Positions 22,313 through 31,081 are shown, counted from the first letter of the stretch. The stretch is DNA of 41,492 nucleotides from Candidatus Enterousia excrementavium (GCA_017694175.1 JADINE010000028.1:1-41492); one strand, 5' to 3'. Notes: generated by a model from the letters alone, not told the origin. A program made the numbers and translations.

Positions 22313-22946
22313 CATGACACCAAACTTTGAAATTTTGCACATGCCACCGGAAAACACTAATTCCGTATTGGTGACATATGGAAACGAAGCAGTTATTTTT
22401 GACGCATGGGGCAATGCGGCGGATTGGGAAAAACTGTTGTCTTCGCGTGGATTAAAATTGCGCGCCATATATTCAACACATGGCCATGGCGATCACATTG
22501 CGGCGGCGCCCGGTTTGGCGGAAAAATATAATGTTCCATGGTATTTGAATAACGAAGACGAAATTTTGATTCCGTGGTCTAATAATTTATTGGCCGGGTT
22601 TGGGTTGCCGCAAATTGAACCGGGCTATTGTCCCGCCACAGATATTAATGCAGGCACCATAAAGATATTTCCAGACGTTGTGATGGAAGTAATCGAATCA
22701 CCCGGGCATACACCTGGGGGCGTTATGTATTATTTCCCAGATTTTGGAATTTTAATTACAGGCGACACATTGTTTCGTGACGGATTTGGGCGCTATGATT
22801 TGCCGGGCGGCGATGCAAATGCGTTGTGGCAATCGATTTCAAAATTGTACGAAATGAATTTGCCTGATGAAACTTATGTTGTGCATGGTCACGGCGTGGA
22901 TTCAACCATAGAAATTCTTAAACGCACCAACCCATATTTTAAATAA
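22299..22946 (+). CDS. MBL-fold metallo-hydrolase (glyoxalase II-like)
   Basis: HxHxDH motif STHGHGDHIAA, and a later SPGHTPG. Alternative starts are at 22314 and at 22239 (ORF track). Confidence 0.8.
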   Translation: MPQNNMTPNFEILHMPPENTNSVLVTYGNEAVIFDAWGNAADWEKLLSSRGLKLRAIYSTHGHGDHIAAAPGLAEKYNVPWYLNNEDEILIPWSNNLLAGFGLPQIEPGYCPATDINAGTIKIFPDVVMEVIESPGHTPGGVMYYFPDFGILITGDTLFRDGFGRYDLPGGDANALWQSISKLYEMNLPDETYVVHGHGVDSTIEILKRTNPYFK

Positions 22947-23706
22947 ACACCAACACACGTTCTGTGGCGGATAAATCGTTTTCGCTGCGAACGAATTTCC
23001 ATCCATGTTGTGCAAAGATTTTTCGCACTTGTTCGCCCATTCCTGCGCCAATTTCCAGATATATTTTACCGCCGTCACCCAGCCATCCGCGTGCATTTTT
23101 CGCAATCGATTCATATGCAGCATACCCACCATTTTTTGCATACAGTGCGCGCCGTGGGTCGTGTTTGGCGCCAACATTCACACGCTTATCGCCATTGGCT
23201 ATATAAGGCGGATTGGACACAATCAAATCAAATTTTTCAGTCACACATCGTGGATTATTAAAATCGCCACGCATAACGCGCACAACGTCGGCCATCTGTA
23301 AATTGCGCATATTTCGCCGTGCAACGCGCAGCGCCCCGCGCGATTTATCAATTGCAACGCCCCGCGCACCATGAATGTTTTTCACCAACGCCGCGATTAT
23401 GCATCCTGTGCCGGTGCCCACGTCCAGTATATTTGGCATAACCCCGGTGCCGCAATCTGCAATAACGGCCGCAACAAGTGTTTCTGTATCAGGTCGCGGA
23501 TCCAAAGTATGCCGATTAGTATAAAATTTTAATCCATAAAACCATTTTTGGTGAATAATTTTTGCCACAGGCACCCCACGCCGTAACGCCCGCGCCATGC
23601 GCCGAATTTTCCAAGCAGATTTTTTTTCAGTATTTTCAATAATCACCCGTGCATCATGGGCATTACCGGCACGTGCCAATATTTCAAATGCTTGATTTAT
23701 GTTCAT
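22939..23706 (-). CDS. prmC: HemK/PrmC-family N5-glutamine methyltransferase
   Basis: SAM motif LDVGTGTGCI and catalytic NPPY (VSNPPYI). Confidence 0.8.
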   Translation of the reverse strand: MNINQAFEILARAGNAHDARVIIENTEKKSAWKIRRMARALRRGVPVAKIIHQKWFYGLKFYTNRHTLDPRPDTETLVAAVIADCGTGVMPNILDVGTGTGCIIAALVKNIHGARGVAIDKSRGALRVARRNMRNLQMADVVRVMRGDFNNPRCVTEKFDLIVSNPPYIANGDKRVNVGAKHDPRRALYAKNGGYAAYESIAKNARGWLGDGGKIYLEIGAGMGEQVRKIFAQHGWKFVRSENDLSATERVLVFI

Positions 23707-23727
23707 GAAGCCATTATAATCGCCATT

Positions 23728-24993
23728 ATGAAAAAAGCAAAAGATATTCTTAGTTTAACCAACATAACATGGGCGGTTGTGGGCCTGGCGTTGATACTGG
23801 TTATTGTTGCTGTTGTGTTGGCGTTCACGCATCGCGATGGTGGTGTTGTGGGTGATATGGTGGCGGACGATGGCACACATCGTTCGATTGTTGTGGTTTC
23901 ATCTGGCGATACTTTATCAAAGTTATTAACAGACCAGGGATTCACCAATGCCCAGGTTTTGGAAATTGCCGATGTTTTAAAATCGGGCGCAAATGTAACA
24001 AGTCTGCGTGCCGACAGTGATAAAATCGAATTTGTTCGTGATAACGAAAGCGCACCTGTGTCAAGAATAGTTATTATCCCGTCCCCCTGGCGACAGATTG
24101 AAATTTCGTCTGCTGATGATGGTGGGTGGAAATGTGAAACGGTCGAGATTCAGCCCGACAAACGTGCAGTGTACCGTGCGGGTGAAATTCTGGATGGCGA
24201 CAGTTTTTATCTTGCTGGTGCGCGCGCTGGTATTCCCGAAGGCATTCTGGCCCAGGTATACGATTTATTGGCTTTTGAAATGGACTTTGAACGTGACGTT
24301 CGCGCCGGTCAAAAGTTTTTTGTATTGTACGAAGAAAATTTTGCCAACGGTAAAAAGGTTGATAATGGCAACGTTTTGGCCGTGCAGTTTCAGGCTTTGC
24401 GTGGCGATGTTCGCATGTATCGTTTTCAAAAATCCGACGGCAAAATCGGATATTATGATGAAAACGGCAATGGGGCGATAAAATCGTTAAAACGTACGCC
24501 AATTAATAATGCTCGTGTTACAAGCAGCTTTTCCACAAGTCGTAAACATCCTGTGTTGGGGTATACCCGTGCGCACAAAGGCATTGATTTCCGTGCGTCC
24601 ACAGGCACACCAATTCCGGCCGCCGGTGCGGGGCGCGTGGTTGCGCGTGGCTATAACAGTGGGCATGGCAATTATATAAAATTGCGTCACAACGCTTCGT
24701 TTGAAACGCTGTATGCGCATATGTCAAAATTTGCCAAGGGTGTTGTTGTCGGCACCACGGTAAAGCAGGGGCAAACTATCGGCTATGTTGGTTCAACTGG
24801 GCTTTCCACCGGGCCACATTTGCATTATGAAATTATCAAGGATGGCAAACACGTAAATCCAATGACGGTAAAATTGCCCGCTATAAGTAATCTGGGTAAA
24901 GAAGATAAAGAAAACTTTATTGAATATCGCAAGAATTTGGATGCGGGCATAGAACGCTTATCCGAACATCCTGATTGGTTTATCCAGTTGTAA
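23728..24993 (+). CDS. M23-family peptidoglycan DD-metalloendopeptidase (MepM-like, with OapA/LysM-like N-domain)
   Basis: TM anchor. VSSGDTLSKLLTDQG (LysM/OapA-like). M23 motifs HKGIDF, GHGNYIKLRH and GSTGLSTGPHLHYE. Confidence 0.88.
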   Translation: MKKAKDILSLTNITWAVVGLALILVIVAVVLAFTHRDGGVVGDMVADDGTHRSIVVVSSGDTLSKLLTDQGFTNAQVLEIADVLKSGANVTSLRADSDKIEFVRDNESAPVSRIVIIPSPWRQIEISSADDGGWKCETVEIQPDKRAVYRAGEILDGDSFYLAGARAGIPEGILAQVYDLLAFEMDFERDVRAGQKFFVLYEENFANGKKVDNGNVLAVQFQALRGDVRMYRFQKSDGKIGYYDENGNGAIKSLKRTPINNARVTSSFSTSRKHPVLGYTRAHKGIDFRASTGTPIPAAGAGRVVARGYNSGHGNYIKLRHNASFETLYAHMSKFAKGVVVGTTVKQGQTIGYVGSTGLSTGPHLHYEIIKDGKHVNPMTVKLPAISNLGKEDKENFIEYRKNLDAGIERLSEHPDWFIQL

Positions 24994-24997
24994 AAAC

Positions 24998-25018
24998 GGG
25001 GCATTTGCCCCATTTTTT
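24998..25018 (+). terminator. Intrinsic terminator after the M23 gene
   Basis: GGGGC-ATTT-GCCCC followed by ATTTTTT. Confidence 0.75.
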
Positions 25019-25056
25019 ATGTCGTAATTTCCCGGAATATAATAAAAAAAGACCAC

Positions 25057-25085
25057 TTGACCTGAACTTTAAAATCGCTTAGAAT
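25057..25085 (+). promoter_or_regulatory. Candidate sigma70 promoter of the 25242 cysteine-rich protein gene
   Basis: TTGACC (25057-62), a 17-nt spacer, then TAGAAT (25080-85). Confidence 0.55.
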
Positions 25086-25107
25086 ACACAAGGTAAAGAA
25101 AACATTC

Positions 25108-25141
25108 ATGCCGAATACAAACGTACGTTTTTATTCGGCAT
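25108..25141. repeat. 34-nt near-perfect palindrome centred on AAACGTACGTTT
   Basis: ATGCCGAATA-C-AAACGTACGTTT-T-TATTCGGCAT, with one mismatch. It lies between the promoter and the start codon. Confidence 0.85.
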
Positions 25142-25200
25142 AATCAGGGGTTAAAAAAACGCGAAAAATTGGGACAAACGATAAATAAAAAAACGCCGAC

Positions 25201-25214
25201 AAAACGTACGTTTT
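25201..25214. repeat. Second AAAACGTACGTTTT palindrome (14 nt)
   Basis: GCCGAC-AAAACGTACGTTTTTTAT resembles the left half plus core of the first site (GCCGAATAC-AAACGTACGTTTTTAT). A third AACGTACGTT lies at 25471-25480 inside the CDS. Confidence 0.8.
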
Positions 25215-25241
25215 TTATCAACACGATAATCGGGGGGACAA

Positions 25242-25880
25242 ATGAACAAATATATGAATAAGTTTTTCTGTATGATTGCGGCCACAGTCGCATCATATGC
25301 GGTAAATATAGTATACAACCTGCACAGCGCATTCGCAGTCATATGGGAAACAGGCCAGGGCTGCGACGTATTTTATGTTACACGAACAAATACTATGTAC
25401 CTATCCACCACATGTACCAGGAGTTGTTCAACAGCACATTTCTATCTTAACATAATAACCCACTCTATGGAACGTACGTTACCGTCTGGGTATTCCAGAC
25501 TTGGATGCACATCGTACAACAGTGAATATTATTATGGCGGATGGTCATCTGCGGGTGCCACATGTTCATATGGTTCAACAGAGTTAATGTATTCACGCCC
25601 CAATGCCGTTTTTAAAACATTTGATTGCGGTACAGCAAAATGGTGCGATGGTGCCGGCTGGGTGGAAGTTCGTTGTAACACCGCCGGTAATGCCGGGTAT
25701 ATTTCTGGACCGTCTGGGTGTAATTGCTGCCCGGGTGCAATGTTGGGCGACGGCAGTTACAATGTATATGCGGACTATGATGCCAGAGCCGCGGCTGATT
25801 GCTATATAGTTGGGGAAATTAGAGACGAAACAGGTCTGTTTCAATACACAGACGATAACAGATGTTATTACGCTTCCTGA
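25242..25880 (+). CDS. Secreted cysteine-, tyrosine- and glycine-rich protein (family member 1), unknown function
   Basis: Signal-like N-terminus ending SAFA. 18 Cys. The C-terminal module CxxCPG...DCYI...DETGLFQYT...CYYAS-stop is shared with the fragment at 35552-35764. GGGGGG lies upstream of the ATG. Confidence 0.6.
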   Translation: MNKYMNKFFCMIAATVASYAVNIVYNLHSAFAVIWETGQGCDVFYVTRTNTMYLSTTCTRSCSTAHFYLNIITHSMERTLPSGYSRLGCTSYNSEYYYGGWSSAGATCSYGSTELMYSRPNAVFKTFDCGTAKWCDGAGWVEVRCNTAGNAGYISGPSGCNCCPGAMLGDGSYNVYADYDARAAADCYIVGEIRDETGLFQYTDDNRCYYAS

Positions 25881-25932
25881 TGCCACAAGGGGCGTGGTTA
25901 ACAATGAATAGCTCCTGGATTATAATCTTGCC

Positions 25933-27975
25933 ATGGTATTGCAATCTGTAAAAAAATTACTGGTTCTATATTATAAAACACGTAATGCAATTGGTCGTTG
26001 GCGGCTTGTGCGATACATAAGTTTTTGGCGGCACTTTTACCGCATACGTAAATTGGGGGTGCCGGTTATGACCTTGCGCATGGCGGCCAAGCACGGCATT
26101 CACGATATTTACCATTTGAACAAGGGGGTTGGCGACGGATTGGTTTTTGCCGGTGTCGCGCGCGAGTATTATAAAAAAACAGGCGTGCGTCCGTTGCTGT
26201 ATGTGCCACAGTGGAACGTATTTCGTAATTGTGATTTTTGCTGGTATTTGTTCGATTGGCGTTTGTTGCCTGAAAATGTAAAGGGCGCCCAACATACCAT
26301 GGATGTTTTTTACATATTTTATAACTTGCAATTAAGTGGCCACCGGTTAAAAGCGCGCAAAAATTTCGAATTTAATTTAAAGCCTTTGGAATACCTTAAA
26401 AACGCATATGTTTGTGGGAACATATTCACAAAATTGTTCGGCGGTTTTCCTATGCGCGGGCAAATGATGCAGTGGGTTGCAAATCGCATGGATTTAACCG
26501 GGGAAATAAATGTAAAACCAGAAATACGGCTTACACAATATGAAAAGGATTTCGGTAAATTTGCCAAAGGAAAAATAGTTATCAAATGTGGTGGCAATGG
26601 CCCATATAAATACCTTTTGCCTAAAATCGCCCAGGGCATTATTGATGAATTAAAGGGCGAATATGAATTTTTACAAATTGGTGATTTTGATGATCCTGTA
26701 TTAAATGGTGCGGAACAGTTGTTTAAATTAAACCTGCGCGAATTTGCCGGTGTTTTAACTCATGCGCGCATGTTCGTTGGCGCGATTGGTGGAATGATGC
26801 ATCTGGCGCGTGCGGTTGATTGCCCGGCTGTAATTTTGCACGGATGTGAACACGATGATTTTTATTATCCATCGCAACGCAAAGTTTTTTCCGAAAACAG
26901 ATGCATGTTATGTGTGCATCGCTGTTGGTGGCCCGACAAAGATGATGAACGTCGTTGCCCAAACCGTTATCGTTGCATAGTTGACTTTGATGTTAAACGC
27001 GTTGCAAAAATTATTCGTGAAGAAATGAAAAAGCCGCGCGAAATGGCGGCTGCGCCTGATTTGTTCAAATGTGTTGGCCATATTGTTGATTGCAACAGTT
27101 CGATGAATTGGTGGATGAATTTGGATGATTTTATCACTGATTTTGCGTGGCCGACCCAGGCGGACGAATGCCGCACTGATGGGTTGTATTCACAATCTTT
27201 TGATTATACTGCCGTCCGTCCGGATTACAGCAAATACGCCATTACACAAATGTTGGACGAGCCTGTAAATGTTGGTGCGATGATTGATGGCATGGAATAT
27301 GTAAATAAATTCGCATCTGATAATCCATTTGTAATTCGTTTACAACCGCGCCCATCTTATTTCGCATACGTTGCCAAAATTGCAGACATGCAAAAACAAT
27401 GGACGGCCGAGTGGCATAAATTGGAACCTGTGGATGATATTAAATATTGGCGTAATGAAACCAAACCGAAACCAGAATATGCCACACTGGAAGGTTACGC
27501 CCGTGCAAACCACATGATGAATTTTTTCTTGTGGCATACCGAAGATACAGCGCGTCGCCGTGATGTGCCGGATTCTGTGATTGCAGACGCCAAACATAAA
27601 ATTGATAATTACAATCAATTGCGCAATGATTTTGCAGAAAAAATGGATGAAACAATGATTCAAATTTTGGGGCCTGCGTTGCCCGGCGCGTTCAAAGCGC
27701 CACTGAACACAGAATCATTGGGCATGGTTTTGGACAGATTATCGATTTTGGCGCTTAAAATGTATCATATGGAAGAACAATCTCGTAAACGTGAAAATCG
27801 TCAAAAATGTTTGGAAAAATTAAAGGTGTTACAACAGCAGCGTTTGGAATTGCTGGAAGCGACAAAATATCTTTTGGTTGATTTTATGAATGGTTCGCGT
27901 CAACCACGTGCGTATTACCAACATAAAATGTACAACGATCCAAAATTGAATCCGGAATTATCCGGCCGAAAATAA
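25933..27975 (+). CDS. GT9-like (heptosyltransferase-fold) glycosyltransferase fused to a C-terminal DUF4254-like domain
   Basis: GT-B C-lobe-like region GGNGPYKYL...GAIGGMMHLARAVDCPAVILHG, followed by the GT9-typical Cys cluster CMLCVHRC...C.....C. The C-terminus FFLWHTEDTARRRD...KHKIDNYNQLRND...TESLGMVLDRLSILALKMYHMEEQ resembles DUF4254, from memory. Confidence 0.6.
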   Translation: MVLQSVKKLLVLYYKTRNAIGRWRLVRYISFWRHFYRIRKLGVPVMTLRMAAKHGIHDIYHLNKGVGDGLVFAGVAREYYKKTGVRPLLYVPQWNVFRNCDFCWYLFDWRLLPENVKGAQHTMDVFYIFYNLQLSGHRLKARKNFEFNLKPLEYLKNAYVCGNIFTKLFGGFPMRGQMMQWVANRMDLTGEINVKPEIRLTQYEKDFGKFAKGKIVIKCGGNGPYKYLLPKIAQGIIDELKGEYEFLQIGDFDDPVLNGAEQLFKLNLREFAGVLTHARMFVGAIGGMMHLARAVDCPAVILHGCEHDDFYYPSQRKVFSENRCMLCVHRCWWPDKDDERRCPNRYRCIVDFDVKRVAKIIREEMKKPREMAAAPDLFKCVGHIVDCNSSMNWWMNLDDFITDFAWPTQADECRTDGLYSQSFDYTAVRPDYSKYAITQMLDEPVNVGAMIDGMEYVNKFASDNPFVIRLQPRPSYFAYVAKIADMQKQWTAEWHKLEPVDDIKYWRNETKPKPEYATLEGYARANHMMNFFLWHTEDTARRRDVPDSVIADAKHKIDNYNQLRNDFAEKMDETMIQILGPALPGAFKAPLNTESLGMVLDRLSILALKMYHMEEQSRKRENRQKCLEKLKVLQQQRLELLEATKYLLVDFMNGSRQPRAYYQHKMYNDPKLNPELSGRK

Positions 27976-27977
27976 AA

Positions 27978-27997
27978 AATCCCCCACACGGGGGATT
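27978..27997 (+). terminator. Stem-loop after the glycosyltransferase gene (weak terminator, no T-run)
   Basis: AATCCCCC-ACAC-GGGGGATT lies 3 nt after the stop codon. Confidence 0.4.
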
Positions 27998-28054
27998 CCA
28001 GACACCCAAAACAACAGTTGTACTTTGGTTAATTTTGGGTATAAAATATTCCGT

Positions 28055-28426
28055 ATGAAGCAATTAACAGATTCTGATTTGGCGGATATGCTGGGGCGCG
28101 ATTTCGTGCCTGACGATGATGATGTGCGGCGTCGCGTGCGCACAGAATTACAATTGTCGCGCCGCATGCCGCCACGCCCGGCCGAAATCCCCAGGCACGC
28201 AGTTTTGGATTTGCACCAACATACGGTGGAACAGGCCTGGGATAAAATTATGCATTTGGCAACATCCGGCACGCGCGATGCAACAATCATAACCGGCGCC
28301 AGTGGGGTACTGCATAAATTGTTTCCGCAATGGGTGGCGGAAAGCGTTTTATCGCCATACATAGTATCTGCTACACCAATTAATAACGGCAGTTTCAAGG
28401 TGAAATTCAAACGGATTAAAAATTAA
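28055..28426 (+). CDS. Smr (MutS2 C-terminal-like) domain protein
   Basis: LDLHQHTVEQAW...IITGASG is the Smr signature. ATG at 28055. Confidence 0.75.
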   Translation: MKQLTDSDLADMLGRDFVPDDDDVRRRVRTELQLSRRMPPRPAEIPRHAVLDLHQHTVEQAWDKIMHLATSGTRDATIITGASGVLHKLFPQWVAESVLSPYIVSATPINNGSFKVKFKRIKN

Positions 28427-29259
28427 TCCTTGCGCCCCAGCAACCCCGCAGGATTTGTATATATTCCATTGTACTTTATGCCATAGTGCAAATGGGGCCC
28501 AGTACTGCGCCCGGTGTTGCCTGTTTCGGCAACGGCGCACCCGGCCTCGACCTGGTCGCCTTTGGATACGGTAACCCGTGACAGGTGGCAATACACAGTT
28601 TCATATCCGTCTGTGTGCGTGATGCGTAATCCATTGCCACACGTGGCATCCGTCCACACGGCCGCCACAGTTCCGTTTGCAGGGGTAAAAACAGTTGTGC
28701 CAACTGGGGCTGAAAAATCAATTCCATTGTGCCCGGAAAGTTCGCCTGTTATCGGATGAATGCGTGATCCAAATGGCGAAGTTATGCGCGGCGTTCCAAT
28801 TAAAGGCTCGCCCACAGGTATGCGTTGCCCGGCCGGAATCGCAGGATTGTTGGGGCTGCAACGTGCGGGTTGTGGCGATGGCGCCCATTGTGCCGCGGCG
28901 GCATTATCGCCGGGTGTTAGTATATTTTGAATTGCCTGAAATTGGGCGGGCGTTAATTCGTTTTGGTGTGTTTGTGCATATTGCGCCAAATGCTGATACA
29001 TAGCATTGGTGTTTTCGTTAATAATGCGGTTTTGTTCCTGGACAGTAATTCCCGCATACGTGCACCCGGATACACATCGTCCGCTGTTATCATAAATAGT
29101 TTCCCACGGCTCGTACCCAGCCGTCTGCAATTGCAGATTTTGTGTAAAAGTTAAATCGTTGGCTGTTTTTGGAAAAGCAGTTGGCCTCAACAGCGACGCC
29201 GCATTCGCGCCCCCACACATTAAACTGGCCAACAAAAACGCCGCAATACCAAAATTCAT
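28423..29259 (-). CDS. Secreted M23-family metallopeptidase
   Basis: Signal peptide MNFGIAAFLLASLMCGGANA. HNGIDF, GNGLRITH and GNTGRSTGPHLHYG motifs. Confidence 0.88.
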   Translation of the reverse strand: MNFGIAAFLLASLMCGGANAASLLRPTAFPKTANDLTFTQNLQLQTAGYEPWETIYDNSGRCVSGCTYAGITVQEQNRIINENTNAMYQHLAQYAQTHQNELTPAQFQAIQNILTPGDNAAAAQWAPSPQPARCSPNNPAIPAGQRIPVGEPLIGTPRITSPFGSRIHPITGELSGHNGIDFSAPVGTTVFTPANGTVAAVWTDATCGNGLRITHTDGYETVYCHLSRVTVSKGDQVEAGCAVAETGNTGRSTGPHLHYGIKYNGIYTNPAGLLGRKD

Positions 29260-29361
29260 ATCGTCCCATTATATCAAAAATCAGACAAAATCTGAATTTA
29301 TATTTTAATAATGACGCGGCGAAAAATTTGATTATAATAACCGTGCAAAGGAAAATTTACC

Positions 29362-30294
29362 ATGAAAAACAAAACGGTTTATGATCATATTCGCAGCAAC
29401 AATATTAAAACATTGTTGTTGGTAATTTGCTTTCCGTTGATTTTTATAGCACTTGTGTTTTTGTTTACATGGATTGTTGTGCCGGCTGACGCTGCGTTTG
29501 ACACAGCAATTCGTGTGGCGGTGCCAACATTTATTGCGTGTGCGGTTTGGTTACTTATATCGTGGGCGTTTGGGGATTCTATGATGCTTCATTCTGCGCA
29601 TGCGCACGAAATTTTCGATGACGACAAACAAAATCGTGAAATATTCCATGCGGTTGAAAACGTTGCTATTGCGGCCGGGCTGCCGCGGCCACGTGTGTAT
29701 ATTATCGACGACGATTCCATGAATGCTTTTGCCACAGGTCGCAGCCCACGTGATGCGTCTGTGGCGCTTACCCGCGGTTTGATTAAAAAATTGGATAAAT
29801 TGGAATTACAGGGTGTTATTGCGCACGAAATGGCACACATAGGCAACCGCGATATCCGCCTGGATATGATGCTTATTACCGGGGTGGGGGTGACAGTGTT
29901 TGCCGCCGATATGATTTTGCGCCTGGCAATGGTCAGTGGTGATGGCAACAATGATAATAAAAACAGTGGTGCACTGGTGTTGTTAATGGTGTGGTTGGCA
30001 TTTATGGTATTTAATTGGATTATTACGCCAATATTGCGCATGGCGGTTTCGCGTAATCGTGAATATGCGGCCGACGCCACAGGTGCACAAATTACTCATA
30101 ACCCGATGGCATTGGCAAATGCATTGCGCAAAATCACAACGGATTCGCGTGTGGAATGTTTGGACAAAGTAAAATCGATGGCGGCCGTGTGCATTGCTTA
30201 TCCGGGTGGGCCGCGTGAATTTATAAGTTCGTTAATGGCAACACATCCGCCTGTGGAAAAACGAATTGAACGATTGGAATCTATGGCATCATAA
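29362..30294 (+). CDS. htpX: M48-family membrane metalloprotease HtpX
   Basis: TM helices. Zinc site HEMAHIGNRD, and a distal EYAADATGA. Confidence 0.88.
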   Translation: MKNKTVYDHIRSNNIKTLLLVICFPLIFIALVFLFTWIVVPADAAFDTAIRVAVPTFIACAVWLLISWAFGDSMMLHSAHAHEIFDDDKQNREIFHAVENVAIAAGLPRPRVYIIDDDSMNAFATGRSPRDASVALTRGLIKKLDKLELQGVIAHEMAHIGNRDIRLDMMLITGVGVTVFAADMILRLAMVSGDGNNDNKNSGALVLLMVWLAFMVFNWIITPILRMAVSRNREYAADATGAQITHNPMALANALRKITTDSRVECLDKVKSMAAVCIAYPGGPREFISSLMATHPPVEKRIERLESMAS

Positions 30295-30308
30295 GTGGGG
30301 TATATCAA

Positions 30309-30896
30309 ATGGCAAATTTGCATTTTCATTATGGAACGATGGGGTGTTCTAAATCTGCGCAGTTGGTTATCAACGCGTACAATCAAAATAAAAACGGCAA
30401 TAAAACTGAAATCATAAAACCGCAATTGGACAACAGGTTCAGCGAAAATAAAGTAAATTCACGCATAGGTATATCAGCCGATGCCACAGTGCTGAAAACT
30501 TTGCGCGGATGGGCACCGGCCCCGGATACGAAAATGGTGTTGATTGACGAAATTCAGTTCTTTGCCCCAGAAGACATAGATGTACTGGTTCGAATTGCCG
30601 ACAGTCGTCCTGTGATAATTATGTGCTATGGGTTAATGGTGGACAGCAACGAACATATTTTTCCGGCCTCGCGCAGGTTAATCGAAGTTGGCGCAAAATT
30701 ACATCGCATGGAATCCACGTGTCAAATTCCTGGGTGCATGCATTTGGCAACGCATCATTTGCGGTATGATGCGTCTGGTCGTGTTGTGCACGATGGCGAT
30801 CAAATTTCAGTTGGTGACAGCAATTATAAATCGGTGTGCAGAAAGCATTTTAACATGCTTTATCATGGTGTTGGGTACAGTAATCGACAAAAATAA
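30309..30896 (+). CDS. tdk: Thymidine kinase
   Basis: P-loop YGTMGCSKSAQL, VLIDEIQFF, and C-terminal Cys pairs (CQIPGC ... SVCRKH). Confidence 0.9.
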   Translation: MANLHFHYGTMGCSKSAQLVINAYNQNKNGNKTEIIKPQLDNRFSENKVNSRIGISADATVLKTLRGWAPAPDTKMVLIDEIQFFAPEDIDVLVRIADSRPVIIMCYGLMVDSNEHIFPASRRLIEVGAKLHRMESTCQIPGCMHLATHHLRYDASGRVVHDGDQISVGDSNYKSVCRKHFNMLYHGVGYSNRQK

Positions 30897-30944
30897 ACAT
30901 TTTTCTTGCAATCACGATAAAAACATATAAAATATACGAACGTT

Positions 30945-31021
30945 GCGCCCATGGCTCAATTGGATAGAGCATCTGACTACGGATCAGAAGGTTGAGGGTT
31001 CGAATCCTTCTGGGCGCGCCA
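30945..31021 (+). tRNA. tRNA-Arg (anticodon ACG)
   Basis: Acceptor GCGCCCA/TGGGCGC. Anticodon stem TCTGA/TCAGA with loop CTACGGA. T arm GAGGG-TTCGAAT-CCTTC. Encoded CCA. Confidence 0.93.
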
Positions 31022-31028
31022 GGAATTT

Positions 31029-31056
31029 AACCGCCGGGAACGGCGGTTTAATTTTT
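31029..31056 (+). terminator. Intrinsic terminator after tRNA-Arg
   Basis: AACCGCCG-GGAA-CGGCGGTT followed by TAATTTTT. Confidence 0.8.
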
Positions 31057-31081
31057 GTGTCGTGCCCCAGGATTTGAAAGA

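Noticed and set aside
27958-28410. 150-aa minus-strand ORF opposite the Smr gene
   Set aside because: The plus frame contains the Smr signature (LDLHQHTVEQAW...ITGASG). The minus ORF is Ser/Arg/Cys-rich with no features.
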